64,000 nucleotides of DNA from Bacteroidia bacterium (GTDB lineage: Bacteria; Bacteroidota; Bacteroidia; AKYH767-A; OLB10). Below, piece by piece: positions 1-9,581 of the stretch (its first letter is position 1; each line of letters starts with the position of its first letter). A program made the position numbers and the translations under genes. Location: positions 2,975 through 66,974 of the forward strand of contig JADLBQ010000051.1 of the NCBI GenBank assembly GCA_020847635.1, given 5' to 3'. The notes beneath the pieces were generated by a model. The model did no database searches. It was given only the letters and a program-made list of their open reading frames with translations, and had not been told where the DNA came from.

Positions 1-669
1 TCAAAAGGGATTTATACAGCCACCTCTACCAATGCGCACTTCTTAAATGATGAAACTGCAAAAAAGACGGTTGAGTCAGGTATGGACAGACTGGTTATTT
101 CAATTGACGGAACATCTCAGGAGGTTTATCAGCAATACCGTGTTGGGGGGAATCTGCAAAAAGTTCTTGATGGTGCCCGTAATGTTATCAGATGGAAAAA
201 GGAACTTCGCTCAAAAACTCCATACATTATTTTCCAGTTCCTGGTGGTCAGGCATAATGAGCACCAGGTTGAAGAGGTGAAACAAATGGCTAAAGAATTT
301 GGTGCAGACGAAGTAGCTTTGAAAACAGCTCAGATCTATGATTATGAAAAAGGAAGTGACCTGATTCCAGTCAATGAAAAGTATTCCCGTTATAAAAAAA
401 GCGACAATTGCAGTTATAGCATTAAAAGTAAGCTACTGAACCATTGCTGGAAAATGTGGCACAGCTGCGTAGTTACCTGGGATGGGCATATTGTTCCCTG
501 TTGTTTCGATAAGGATGCAAAATATAAAATGGGAGATCTGAAAAAGAATACCTTTCGTGAGGTATGGAATAACGAACGGTATAACCGGTTTAGGGCATCT
601 GTTTTACGATCCAGAAGTGAGATTGACATGTGCCGTAATTGTACCGAAGGAACACGGCTCTGGGCCTGA
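1..669 (+). CDS. radical SAM/SPASM-domain protein, C-terminal part (5' end upstream of window)
   Basis: Frame +1 is open from base 1 into the listed ORF 82..669. The Cys-rich C-terminus (CWKMWHSC..PCCFD..CRNCTEG) is a SPASM-type auxiliary Fe-S motif. Confidence 0.8.
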   Translation, partial: SKGIYTATSTNAHFLNDETAKKTVESGMDRLVISIDGTSQEVYQQYRVGGNLQKVLDGARNVIRWKKELRSKTPYIIFQFLVVRHNEHQVEEVKQMAKEFGADEVALKTAQIYDYEKGSDLIPVNEKYSRYKKSDNCSYSIKSKLLNHCWKMWHSCVVTWDGHIVPCCFDKDAKYKMGDLKKNTFREVWNNERYNRFRASVLRSRSEIDMCRNCTEGTRLWA

Positions 670-675
670 ATAAAT

Positions 676-2118
676 TTATCCTGCCAATCCGATTTTTATG
701 GTGTTTGCCATTCCTCTGTTTTTAAGAGGCATACTGGCAACATGAATGGTGATATCTCCCTTTTCAAGAATTCCAGATTTTAACATCATCTGCTGTTGAT
801 CACTGATTGTATTATCGGTACTGATATATTTATTGTAAAAAAATCCCTGAACCCCCCATACCAGGCTAAGCATATTAAGAATTGGTTTATTGTCGGTAAA
901 GATGAGAATTGCTGCTTTTGGCCGCTCAGCAGAAAGCTGGAAGGCCGTATAGCCCGAATGCGTCATTCCAAGAATTGCCTTGGCATTTGATTGTTCTGCC
1001 ATCAGGCAGGCATTGTAGCAGGTTGAGTCTGAAATAAAGGTCGGTGAATTTTTTTCAGGAGCCTGGTGGCGGTGGTAAATTGAATCTTCACGTTCACACA
1101 TGGCAATAATTTTATGCATAGCCTCAACTGTTTTAACAGGATATTCACCTAATGATGTTTCAGCACTCAGCATCAATGCATCAGCTCCGTCAAATACTGC
1201 ATTTGCCACATCATTTGCTTCTGCACGGGTAGGACGATAGTTACTAATCATACTTTCCATCATCTGAGTGGCAATAATAATTGGTTTTGACGCTGCAATA
1301 CACTTCCTGACCAGCATCTTCTGAATTAAAGGGACCCGCTGCATCGGCATTTCAACTCCCAGGTCGCCTCGGGCAACCATCAGCCCATCAGTGGCAGCAA
1401 TGATATTGTCTATATCCTGAATGGCATCCGGTTTTTCAATCTTTGCAATTACCCGTGCAGTACCGGCTTTACTGAGAATAATTTCTTTCAGCTCATTGAT
1501 GTCTTTTGCTTTCCTGACAAATGAAAGTCCTATCCATTCAACCTGCATTTTCAATGCAAAGTCAAGGTCAACTTTATCTTTTTCGGTTAGCGAAGGCAAT
1601 GAAATTTTGGTATAAGGCAGGTTTACTCCTTTCCTGGAAGACAACATCCCTCCGTGAACGACTTTGGCAATCAGGTGATTTTTCTTTTTGCTCAAAACCA
1701 CAAGTTCAATTTTCCCATCATCAATCAGAACAGTATCACCCGGTACAACATCGTCAGTCAGCTGTTTATATTTGATATAAATCTTGTTACTGTCCGAAAT
1801 CCATTCATTTGCAGTAAGAATAACTTCCTTTTTTTCTTCAAGCAGCACACTGTTATTCAGGACTTCTCCAATCCTGATTTTAGGCCCCTGCAGATCAAAG
1901 AGAACAGCAACATGTGAATTGAGCTTCCTGTTTATCTTCCGGATCAGCCGAATTAGTTTTTCTCTTGAAGCTTGCTCTCCATGTGAAGCATTTATCCGGA
2001 AAACATTCACTCCCTGTCTGACCATTTCAGTCAGAATTTCTTCAGAAGAAGAAGCCGGCCCAACGGTTGCAACTATTTTAGTGCGGTTTAAGCAAAGATT
2101 TTTTTTCACTGTATTCAA
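676..2118 (-). CDS. pyk: pyruvate kinase
   Basis: 480 aa. N-terminal TKIVATVGPAS and MVARGDLGVEMP loop are typical of pyruvate kinase over its full length. Confidence 0.95.
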   Translation of the reverse strand: MNTVKKNLCLNRTKIVATVGPASSSEEILTEMVRQGVNVFRINASHGEQASREKLIRLIRKINRKLNSHVAVLFDLQGPKIRIGEVLNNSVLLEEKKEVILTANEWISDSNKIYIKYKQLTDDVVPGDTVLIDDGKIELVVLSKKKNHLIAKVVHGGMLSSRKGVNLPYTKISLPSLTEKDKVDLDFALKMQVEWIGLSFVRKAKDINELKEIILSKAGTARVIAKIEKPDAIQDIDNIIAATDGLMVARGDLGVEMPMQRVPLIQKMLVRKCIAASKPIIIATQMMESMISNYRPTRAEANDVANAVFDGADALMLSAETSLGEYPVKTVEAMHKIIAMCEREDSIYHRHQAPEKNSPTFISDSTCYNACLMAEQSNAKAILGMTHSGYTAFQLSAERPKAAILIFTDNKPILNMLSLVWGVQGFFYNKYISTDNTISDQQQMMLKSGILEKGDITIHVASMPLKNRGMANTIKIGLAG

Positions 2119-2536
2119 ACATTAACAGGTTCTCAGCCGATTTAATTTCTGAAGGATCCAGCTTATACACTCCATTTACATTTTCAATTTCTTTAATCCG
2201 GCTGATTATTTCATCAATTGTTTCAGAGTCAACGTTTCGAATCAGCAGAAAGTAATCAATGGATTTTTTTTCAGGAATCAACACTCCGTTTGATCCTTTA
2301 TTTACGATTAGTGTCATCTCTTCCCCGCTTTTTGAGTTACAGTAACAGAAATAAGAATACTCCGAGCGGTTATGCCTGGCATCTTTCAGTTCAAGATCAG
2401 GTTGCCTCTTGAATTTTATTTTAACGGTATTACTGATTTCAAAACACATCCGGTAATCTTTCAGACTGCTTAAAATGGCCAGCAGCGAAAAATCAAATTC
2501 GGGATCAAAATCCAGTTTTATTACTTTTCTGGGCAT
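2078..2536 (-). CDS. IPExxxVDY family protein (function unknown)
   Basis: 152 aa containing IPEKKSIDY, matching the family signature. Its 3' end overlaps the pyk start by 41 nt. Confidence 0.7.
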   Translation of the reverse strand: MPRKVIKLDFDPEFDFSLLAILSSLKDYRMCFEISNTVKIKFKRQPDLELKDARHNRSEYSYFCYCNSKSGEEMTLIVNKGSNGVLIPEKKSIDYFLLIRNVDSETIDEIISRIKEIENVNGVYKLDPSEIKSAENLLMFEYSEKKSLLKPH

Positions 2537-2558
2537 GGGGCTAAATTACACAGATATT

Positions 2559-2588
2559 AAAAAAAGGGATTCGTAAATCCGAATCCCC
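2559..2588 (-). terminator. rho-independent terminator of the porin-like gene
   Basis: GGGATTCG / CGAATCCC 8-bp stem with a 6-nt loop. On the minus strand it is followed by a T-run (A-run 2559-2565 on plus), just downstream of the stop at 2613. Confidence 0.65.
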
Positions 2589-2612
2589 TTTTCTGCAAGC
2601 GGTATTTAGAAA

Positions 2613-3194
2613 TTAGTTTCCGCCAAAAACATAGGCTAAACGAATACCCAGGTAGCTGCTGGTTGAGCCTTCAGTAGCAATCATCTGATAACGGGCACCT
2701 ATATCAATATTAGCAAGGTGATATCCAACCTGAGGAGCATAGCTTAATTTGGTTGTGCTTTCAGAGGTACTCGTTGAAGGTATAGTAACATTCATAAATG
2801 TATATTCAGGAGTTGTGACCTTGGATGAGATGCTGTGAATTCCGAGCAATAGACCAGCATAGAAACCATTCTGAACTTCACCAAAGTAGTACTTGGCACC
2901 AACCTGAACCGGAATCATTGAACTTTTACTTTCAACATCTCCAAAACCGATACTGTAAGATTTCTTACCGAACATCAGGTATCCTGCATCACCTGTAAGA
3001 GCAAGATTATCTGAGAGTGGATATTCATAACGCAACGTTGCGCCAAAACCCATTCCAGCCGCATCAGCGAAATCACCCATTGGAAGAGCTAATTCCAGAC
3101 CAGCTGAGAAACGACCGCTTTGCGCAAACGCACCAGATACCATGCCGAAAGCAAGAGCACCTGCCATAAAGATTTTTGTGATTGTTCTTTTCAT
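2613..3194 (-). CDS. outer-membrane beta-barrel (porin-family/OmpW-like) protein
   Basis: Start moved to internal Met MKRTITKIFMAGALAFGMVSGAFAQ, a clean signal peptide. The sequence has alternating Gly/aromatic beta-strand character and a C-terminal ..AYVFGGN. The longer listed ORF (to 3368) overlaps the upstream gene. Confidence 0.7.
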   Translation of the reverse strand: MKRTITKIFMAGALAFGMVSGAFAQSGRFSAGLELALPMGDFADAAGMGFGATLRYEYPLSDNLALTGDAGYLMFGKKSYSIGFGDVESKSSMIPVQVGAKYYFGEVQNGFYAGLLLGIHSISSKVTTPEYTFMNVTIPSTSTSESTTKLSYAPQVGYHLANIDIGARYQMIATEGSTSSYLGIRLAYVFGGN

Positions 3195-3220
3195 GTTATT
3201 TTGTTTAATTTTGTTGGAGG

Positions 3221-3228
3221 CAAATATA
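3221..3228 (-). promoter_or_regulatory. Bacteroidota -7 promoter box (TATATTTG on minus strand)
   Basis: Plus-strand CAAATATA is the reverse complement of TAnnTTTG. It lies 27 nt upstream of the ATG at 3194. Confidence 0.45.
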
Positions 3229-3291
3229 GAAGTTATTAAGTAATAGAAAAATGAGACAATCCACATTGTTAACAATTCAATGTGAATTACC

Positions 3292-4221
3292 TCAGATACC
3301 CACTGGGTGCCAGGTTGTCTTGATTTCCTGTAAATCCATAATAAAATAAGGGCTTTGCGATTCATCATTCAACCATGACAGTCGATTCCAGAGAATCACC
3401 CGTTTTATATTCAATGAGGCTAGCTCCTGAATTTGTTTGATTTCAGAATTATCTGCTCCGGGATAAATGACAGCATTCACATCCATGTGTGATGCAAAAT
3501 GGCTAAGTAGTTCATTTTTGAATCCGGTGAGAATATTAACAACTCCGACAGGGACATCAGAAGCATTGAGTACTTCTGCAAAATCAATTGCTGAGAGTGG
3601 ATGGTTCCTATCAGCCAGCAGAATGCAGGTATTACCCCCTGCTATACAGGGTGACATAACTGAAATCAACCCCAGTAATCCAGACTGATCAGGTGAAATG
3701 ACAGAAATAACTCCGGTTGGTTCAGGAAATGAAAAATTAAAATAACTTCCTTCTACCGGATTCACTGAACTGAATACCTGTTGATATTTATCACACCAGC
3801 CGGCATAGTACACCAGCCGGTCTACAGATAGATTTAATTCCGTTTCGACCTTCTTTTTATCAGCTCCTTCGGTCATGAGAACATTCATTAGCTGAACTCT
3901 TCTGCTTTCAAGTGTTTCGGCAATGCGGTACAGGATCTGACTTCGGTTGAATGCTGATTTTTTTGCCCACCCCGGTTGGGCTTTACGTGCCGCCACTACT
4001 GCTTCTCTGAAATCTTTACGTGAACTCCGGCAAATGTTTGCAACTACCTTTCCAGCTGTATTTTCCAGTTTATAGTACCGACCTGACTCGGTACGGGTAA
4101 ACTTCCCGTTAATATATAGCTTGTATGTTTTTTTAATATCCTGTCGTGTAGCTGACTTCTGCTCTGCTCCGTTATGATTTTTCTGATCAGCCTCCTTTTT
4201 GATTTTTAATTCGCTATCCAT
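3292..4221 (-). CDS. aldehyde dehydrogenase-like protein lacking the catalytic domain (probable pseudoenzyme)
   Basis: 309 aa. It aligns by eye to the N-terminal and NAD-binding half of the adjacent ALDH (YYAGWCDK, PVGVVNILTG). It ends about 30 aa after the position of ELGGK, and WNFP, KPAE, FTGS, ELGGK and the catalytic Cys are all absent. Confidence 0.75.
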   Translation of the reverse strand: MDSELKIKKEADQKNHNGAEQKSATRQDIKKTYKLYINGKFTRTESGRYYKLENTAGKVVANICRSSRKDFREAVVAARKAQPGWAKKSAFNRSQILYRIAETLESRRVQLMNVLMTEGADKKKVETELNLSVDRLVYYAGWCDKYQQVFSSVNPVEGSYFNFSFPEPTGVISVISPDQSGLLGLISVMSPCIAGGNTCILLADRNHPLSAIDFAEVLNASDVPVGVVNILTGFKNELLSHFASHMDVNAVIYPGADNSEIKQIQELASLNIKRVILWNRLSWLNDESQSPYFIMDLQEIKTTWHPVGI

Positions 4222-4231
4222 AATGCTGAAT

Positions 4232-5719
4232 TTAATTCATTTGAATATATGGGGCAAGTCCATGAAGACCCCCTTCACGGCCCATTCCGCTTTCTTTGTA
4301 TCCTCCAAAAGGTGAAGACGGATCAAACTTGTTGAATGTATTTGCCCACACAACACCAGCCCTGATCTGGGATGATACGTTAAAAATTTTTGCTCCTTTA
4401 TCAGTCCAAACCCCACCTGATAAACCATAGGGTATGTTATTGGCTTTTTCAATTGCTTCTTCTACTGTTCTGAAAGTCTGAATGGAAAGGACTGGCCCGA
4501 ATATTTCTTCCTGAACGACTCTGTTTGCCTGAGTTACATTGGTGAATAAAGTCGGACGAAACCAGAATCCTTTTGAGGGTAAGCTGCAATCAGGTTGATA
4601 ACAAGTTGCTCCTTCATTCAAACCTGCTTTTACAAGCCTTTTTATTTTCATTAGTTGCTCTTTGGAGTTGATTGCTCCAATGTCTGTGTTTTTATCCAAC
4701 GGGTCACCAATAATGAGTGTTTCAATCCGGTCTTTGAGTTTACGGATAAAAAGATCAGCAACCGGTTCCTGGACAAATAGACGTGAACCTGCACAACATA
4801 CATGACCCTGGTTGAAAAAAATTCCGTTAACTACACCTTCTACCGCCTGATCAATGGCTGCATCTGCAAACACAATATTTGCAGCTTTACCTCCCAGTTC
4901 AAGTGTATATTTTTTGCCTGTTCCGGCAATAGATTTTTGAATTATTTTCCCGACTTCGGTACTTCCGGTAAAGGCAATTTTATTAATCCCGGGGTGGTTT
5001 ACCAGGGCAGCTCCTGTTGTTCCTCCACCATTAATAATATTAACTACTCCCGGAGGTAAATCTGCATCGCGGATAATTTCAGCCAGTTTTAAAGCAGTAA
5101 GCGGAGTTGTTTCTGCCGGCTTTAAAACAACTGTATTACCGGCTGCCAGTGCAGGTGCCAGTTTCCAGGCAGCCATCAACAACGGGAAATTCCAGGGAAT
5201 GATTTGCCCGCATACTCCCACCGGTTTTATTCTTTCCGGCTTCTGACTGTGTTTGACCGGAAATGCATAATCCAGCTTATCAGCCCAACCTGCATAGTAA
5301 AAAAAATGAGCAGCTGCCAACGGAATATCTACATCCCGAGATTCACGAATTGGCTTTCCGCCATTCATACTTTCAAGTACTGCCAGTTCACGAGCACGCT
5401 CCTGAATGATTCGAGCTATTCTATAAATATATTTTCCTCTTTCAGCCGGAGGCATCACTGACCACACCTTATGGAATGCTGTTGACGCAGCCTGAACAGC
5501 CCTGTTCACATCTTGTGGTCCGGCTTCTGCTACTTCGGCAAGTTTTGCTTCACGGGCTGGATTAATCGTTTCAAAATACTTACCGGACAAAGGATCGGTG
5601 AACTCGTTATTGATAAAAAGGCCGTAAGATTTATTCACTTCCACATGATCGGCACTTTCGGGAGCTGGTGCATAATTCCATTTCGAATGAAAGTCAAGCA
5701 CTTTGGTTTTTTTAGCCAT
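4232..5719 (-). CDS. NAD(P)-dependent aldehyde dehydrogenase
   Basis: 495 aa with IPWNFP, LKPAE, FTGSTEVG, ELGGK, GHVCCAGSR (catalytic Cys) and EEIFGPV. Confidence 0.92.
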   Translation of the reverse strand: MAKKTKVLDFHSKWNYAPAPESADHVEVNKSYGLFINNEFTDPLSGKYFETINPAREAKLAEVAEAGPQDVNRAVQAASTAFHKVWSVMPPAERGKYIYRIARIIQERARELAVLESMNGGKPIRESRDVDIPLAAAHFFYYAGWADKLDYAFPVKHSQKPERIKPVGVCGQIIPWNFPLLMAAWKLAPALAAGNTVVLKPAETTPLTALKLAEIIRDADLPPGVVNIINGGGTTGAALVNHPGINKIAFTGSTEVGKIIQKSIAGTGKKYTLELGGKAANIVFADAAIDQAVEGVVNGIFFNQGHVCCAGSRLFVQEPVADLFIRKLKDRIETLIIGDPLDKNTDIGAINSKEQLMKIKRLVKAGLNEGATCYQPDCSLPSKGFWFRPTLFTNVTQANRVVQEEIFGPVLSIQTFRTVEEAIEKANNIPYGLSGGVWTDKGAKIFNVSSQIRAGVVWANTFNKFDPSSPFGGYKESGMGREGGLHGLAPYIQMN

Positions 5720-5735
5720 AACAAAATTGATTGTT

Positions 5736-5743
5736 CAAATTTA
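5736..5743 (-). promoter_or_regulatory. -7 promoter box (TAAATTTG on minus strand)
   Basis: Plus-strand CAAATTTA lies 17 nt upstream of the ALDH ATG at 5719. Confidence 0.45.
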
Positions 5744-5800
5744 GACATAAAAGTAAACTATAAGCTGACCTGGCATTGCCTTTATAAAAATGAACGGTAA

Positions 5801-7555
5801 TTAAAAAATACCTGCTTTTTTAACTGCATACCCGAAAATAATCAGTGATGCTGATGCAACACCAAGCCAGATGAATGCCTTGGCCGTTTCTGCAAAAATG
5901 AAATAGCCGGTTGTAAATAAAATACTGTAAGTCATTGCTGCTGCACTGATCCAGCAAATGAACAGAGGAATAAGCGACCCCGGCTCGGGTAAATTCAGCT
6001 TTTTCCTTAACGGGTTCCAGAATCCCTGGGGTTGTACTTTTTTATAAAATCCTGTTAACACCTGTTCACTCTCAGGCCTGGTTAAAAAAGTGGCAGCAAG
6101 CCATACCGTGGTTGTCGTTCCAACAGTGAAAAAGAAGCTAACCGGGAATTCCATTTTAAGAATAAAATGTGCAACTGCATAGGCAACAAAAGGAGTAAGT
6201 GTAGCTGAAATTTCACTCCATGCATTAATCCGCCACCAGTACCAGCGCAAAATCAGAACTAATCCAAGTCCTGCACCACATTCAATGATAAAACTCCAGA
6301 CACCGGCAATCGTGGTGATTTGAGTTGTTGCAAACAAACCGGCCAGCATAGTTAAAAAGGTTACTAACCTGCCTGCATAAACGTAGTTACGATGTGCAGC
6401 TTCCATATTTCTAAACTTAGCTTCAGGCTTTATAAATCGTTTATACAGATCATTTACGAGGTAACTGGCACCCCAGTTTAACTGGGTGGCGATGGTACTC
6501 ATATAAGCTGCAAAGAAGGCAACCAGCATTAAACCCTTTAATCCGGCAGGAAGGAAATCTTTCATAGCCATTACGTAACCCAGCTTTTTGTCATCTTCTC
6601 CAAGTTCAGGATAGAGAATGAGTGTGCATAATCCGACAAGGATCCAAGGCCAGGGCCTAAGACAATAATTAGCTATTTGAAAAAACAGCGTAGCATAAAT
6701 GCTTTCTTTTTCTGAACGGGTACTCATCATTCTCTGAACCACATATCCCCCACCTCCGGGTTCTGCCCCCGGATACCAACTAAAAGCCCAGATGCTGAGA
6801 TAGGCTAAAAAGGATGCTGCACTCAGTGCTAATACTGTTCCGGTTGATTCATTATTACCAATTACCGGAAAGAAATCAAGTGAAGATGCTGGAAGTCTTT
6901 CTTTCAATCCGGTAATTCCTCCGATTTGTTCAGAGTTAAGTACCAGGAATGCCAGAATTATACATCCTGTCATGGCAATAATAAACTGAACTGCATCGGT
7001 TACAGTTACACCCCACAGTCCTGATAAGGCCGAATAAAAAGCAGTTACAAGCATAGCTCCGGCAACATACCAGAGTGCTTCACTCTGAGGAATATCAAAG
7101 AATACTTTCAGGATGGTAACCAGGGCAATGTTAACCCAGCCAATGATAAGGCTGTTCATAAAAAGCCCCAGATAAGCAGCTTTAAAACCGCGAAGCCAGG
7201 CTGCCGGTTTACCTCCGTAACGGAATTCAATCAGTTCCACTTCTGTCAAAATACCGGATCTGCTCCAGAGCCTGGCAAAAAAGAAGGTAGTGAGCATCCC
7301 GCCCAGCAGCATATTCCACCACAGCCAGTTTCCTGCAATTCCATGCTGAGCAACCAGTTCATTAACTGCCAAAGGAGTATCAGCAGCGAAAGTGGTTGCT
7401 ACCATACTCAAGCCTGCCAGATACCAGGGCATGGCTCTTCCTCCTAAAAAAAATTCAGTCAGGTTTTTCCCGGCCCGTTTTCTAAAGTGTAATCCAATGG
7501 CCAGTGACAGGACAAAGTATCCGGCTATGATAATCCAGTCAATCAGTTCAAGCAT
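5801..7555 (-). CDS. sodium:solute symporter family transporter
   Basis: Polytopic membrane protein with an SSF-like N-terminus (IDWIIIAGYFVLSLAIGL..FFLGGRAMPW). The start is probably the internal Met at 7555 rather than 7606. Confidence 0.85.
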   Translation of the reverse strand: MLELIDWIIIAGYFVLSLAIGLHFRKRAGKNLTEFFLGGRAMPWYLAGLSMVATTFAADTPLAVNELVAQHGIAGNWLWWNMLLGGMLTTFFFARLWSRSGILTEVELIEFRYGGKPAAWLRGFKAAYLGLFMNSLIIGWVNIALVTILKVFFDIPQSEALWYVAGAMLVTAFYSALSGLWGVTVTDAVQFIIAMTGCIILAFLVLNSEQIGGITGLKERLPASSLDFFPVIGNNESTGTVLALSAASFLAYLSIWAFSWYPGAEPGGGGYVVQRMMSTRSEKESIYATLFFQIANYCLRPWPWILVGLCTLILYPELGEDDKKLGYVMAMKDFLPAGLKGLMLVAFFAAYMSTIATQLNWGASYLVNDLYKRFIKPEAKFRNMEAAHRNYVYAGRLVTFLTMLAGLFATTQITTIAGVWSFIIECGAGLGLVLILRWYWWRINAWSEISATLTPFVAYAVAHFILKMEFPVSFFFTVGTTTTVWLAATFLTRPESEQVLTGFYKKVQPQGFWNPLRKKLNLPEPGSLIPLFICWISAAAMTYSILFTTGYFIFAETAKAFIWLGVASASLIIFGYAVKKAGIF

Positions 7556-7653
7556 GGATTTACTGTCGGCTAAATTAACCAGGCAAATGACTCTTGAACA
7601 GCCCAAGGTAAGTTAATTTCAACAAGCTGAAGAGTGAAAAATCAGCTGAACGG

Positions 7654-8991
7654 TTATTTCAGTTTAAAGCTCTCCATGAATTTGGTAGTATAGTTTCCCT
7701 TTCTGAAATTTTTATCCAGCATCAGTTGCTGATGAAACGGGATAGTTGTTTTGATACCTTCAACAACATATTCGCTAAGAGCGCGTTCCATTGTATTAAT
7801 AGCTTCATCACGGGTTCGGGCAATAGCAATAATTTTTGAAATCATGCTATCATAATAAGGCGGAACGACATAACTGGCATACACATGCGAATCAATCCGC
7901 ACTCCATGGCCGCCCGGAACATGTAGATTTGTAATCTTACCGGGAGATGGCCGAAATCCGTTAAATGGATCTTCTGCATTAATCCGGCATTCAATTGCGT
8001 GCATTTGTGGAAAGTAATTTTTACCTGAAATCTTATCACCGGCAGCAATTTTTATTTGTTCTTTAATCAGGTCGTAGTTAATGACTTCTTCGGTAATGGG
8101 ATGTTCAACCTGAATCCGGGTATTCATCTCCATAAAATAAAAATTACGGTGTTTATCAACCAGAAATTCGACCGTACCCACACCTTCATATTTAACTGCA
8201 AGTGCTGCTTTGACTGCAGCTTCTCCCATTTCTTTCCGGAGTTTATCCGTCATAAACGGAGAGGGGGTTTCTTCCAGCAGTTTCTGATGTCGTCTCTGAA
8301 TGGAGCAGTCACGCTCGCTCAGGTGGCAGGCGCGTCCGTACTGGTCACCGGCAATCTGAATTTCAATATGCCGGGGTTCTTCAACAAACTTTTCAAGATA
8401 AACTCCATCATTGCTGAAAGCTGCTGCTGCTTCAGCCCGTGCAGTATTCCAGGCATCCTCAAAATCTTCAGGCCTCCAAATTTCACGCATCCCTTTTCCT
8501 CCACCTCCAGCAGTAGCTTTGAGAATAACCGGATAGCCGATCTTCTTGGCAATTTTTAATCCTTCTTTCAGATCAGAAATCAGCCCATCAGATCCCGGTA
8601 TCGTGGGGACACCAGCTGCTTTCATGGTTTCTTTCGCATTGGATTTGTCACCCATAGCATCAATCTGCTCAGGAGTAGCTCCAATAAATTTGATACCATT
8701 CTTTGCACAGATAGCTGAGAATTTTGAGTTTTCGGAAAGAAATCCATAACCCGGATGAATTGCATCTGCATTGGTAATCGTAGCAGCAGCTATCAGATTC
8801 GGAATATTCAGATACGAATCGCGACTTGGCGGAGGCCCAATACAAACCGCTTCATCAGCAAACCTGACATGGAGGCTGTCTTTATCAGCAGTCGAGTACA
8901 CTGCAACTGTTTTAATACCCATCTCCTTACAAGTACGGATAATACGAAGTGCGATTTCGCCTCTGTTAGCAATCAAAATCTTCTTAAACAT
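7654..8991 (-). CDS. accC: acetyl-CoA carboxylase biotin carboxylase subunit
   Basis: 445 aa. [20 protein letters not shown]-terminus and ATP-grasp motifs ([18 protein letters not shown]). Confidence 0.97.
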   Translation of the reverse strand: MFKKILIANRGEIALRIIRTCKEMGIKTVAVYSTADKDSLHVRFADEAVCIGPPPSRDSYLNIPNLIAAATITNADAIHPGYGFLSENSKFSAICAKNGIKFIGATPEQIDAMGDKSNAKETMKAAGVPTIPGSDGLISDLKEGLKIAKKIGYPVILKATAGGGGKGMREIWRPEDFEDAWNTARAEAAAAFSNDGVYLEKFVEEPRHIEIQIAGDQYGRACHLSERDCSIQRRHQKLLEETPSPFMTDKLRKEMGEAAVKAALAVKYEGVGTVEFLVDKHRNFYFMEMNTRIQVEHPITEEVINYDLIKEQIKIAAGDKISGKNYFPQMHAIECRINAEDPFNGFRPSPGKITNLHVPGGHGVRIDSHVYASYVVPPYYDSMISKIIAIARTRDEAINTMERALSEYVVEGIKTTIPFHQQLMLDKNFRKGNYTTKFMESFKLK

Positions 8992-9029
8992 ACTGCCTTT
9001 AATTTTGATGATTACCGTCCCTTCTGCAA

Positions 9030-9527
9030 TTAACTGGGATCAATAAGAAATAATGGCTGATCGTATTCGACCGGAGAGGCATTATCAACAAGTACCTTTA
9101 CAATCTTTCCATTGATGTCTGCTTCAATTTCATTGAATAGCTTCATGGCTTCAATGATGCAAAGCGTCTGACCTGATTTAATCTCATCTCCTACATTGAC
9201 ATAATTGGGTTTATCAGGACTGGAAGCGCGATAAAATGTCCCGATCATGGGTGACTTAATGGTATGAAACTTAGTTTCATCTGTTCCCTTATCTGTTTCT
9301 TTTGATGGGGTAGTCTCTTTAGTAGTTGGAGGAGGTGTTGCTGGCGGGTGAGCGCCCGGCATTACAACATGAGCTGGTGGGGCAGCTGGTGCTGAAGGAA
9401 TTGCGGTAATAATCTGTTGAACAGCGTTTTTAATTGTAATCTTAAAATCTTTCTGCTCAATACTGACTTCACTCACTCCAGCTTTAGAAACGAATTTTAT
9501 CAGTTCTTCAATTTCCTTTTTGTTCAT
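9030..9527 (-). CDS. accB: acetyl-CoA carboxylase biotin carboxyl carrier protein
   Basis: Pro/Ala/Thr linker followed by the biotinyl motif [11 protein letters not shown]. Start set at [10 protein letters not shown] (ATG complement at 9525-9527). Confidence 0.93.
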   Translation of the reverse strand: MNKKEIEELIKFVSKAGVSEVSIEQKDFKITIKNAVQQIITAIPSAPAAPPAHVVMPGAHPPATPPPTTKETTPSKETDKGTDETKFHTIKSPMIGTFYRASSPDKPNYVNVGDEIKSGQTLCIIEAMKLFNEIEADINGKIVKVLVDNASPVEYDQPLFLIDPS

Positions 9528-9552
9528 AGTTTTTTGTATTCGGTCAGAAAAA

Positions 9553-9560
9553 CAAAAATA
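9553..9560 (-). promoter_or_regulatory. -7 promoter box (TATTTTTG on minus strand) ahead of accB-accC
   Basis: Plus-strand CAAAAATA lies 26 nt upstream of the accB ATG, in the fabH-accB gap. Confidence 0.45.
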
Positions 9561-9581
9561 GTTTATTTCAAACACTACGGC

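Noticed and set aside
1421-2125. Several 64-113-aa plus-strand ORFs
   Set aside because: All are antisense to pyruvate kinase and have low-complexity composition. They are shadow ORFs.
3195-3368. N-terminal extension of the porin-like ORF (listed as 2613..3368)
   Set aside because: The extension overlaps the end of the ALDH-like gene and precedes a clean signal peptide starting at the Met at 3194. A -7 box at 3221-3228 lies inside the extension.
8056-8559. 167-aa ORF on the plus strand
   Set aside because: It is entirely antisense to the strongly conserved accC. The sequence is low-complexity (Phe/Asn/Ser-rich) and typical of a shadow ORF, with no promoter box or motif.
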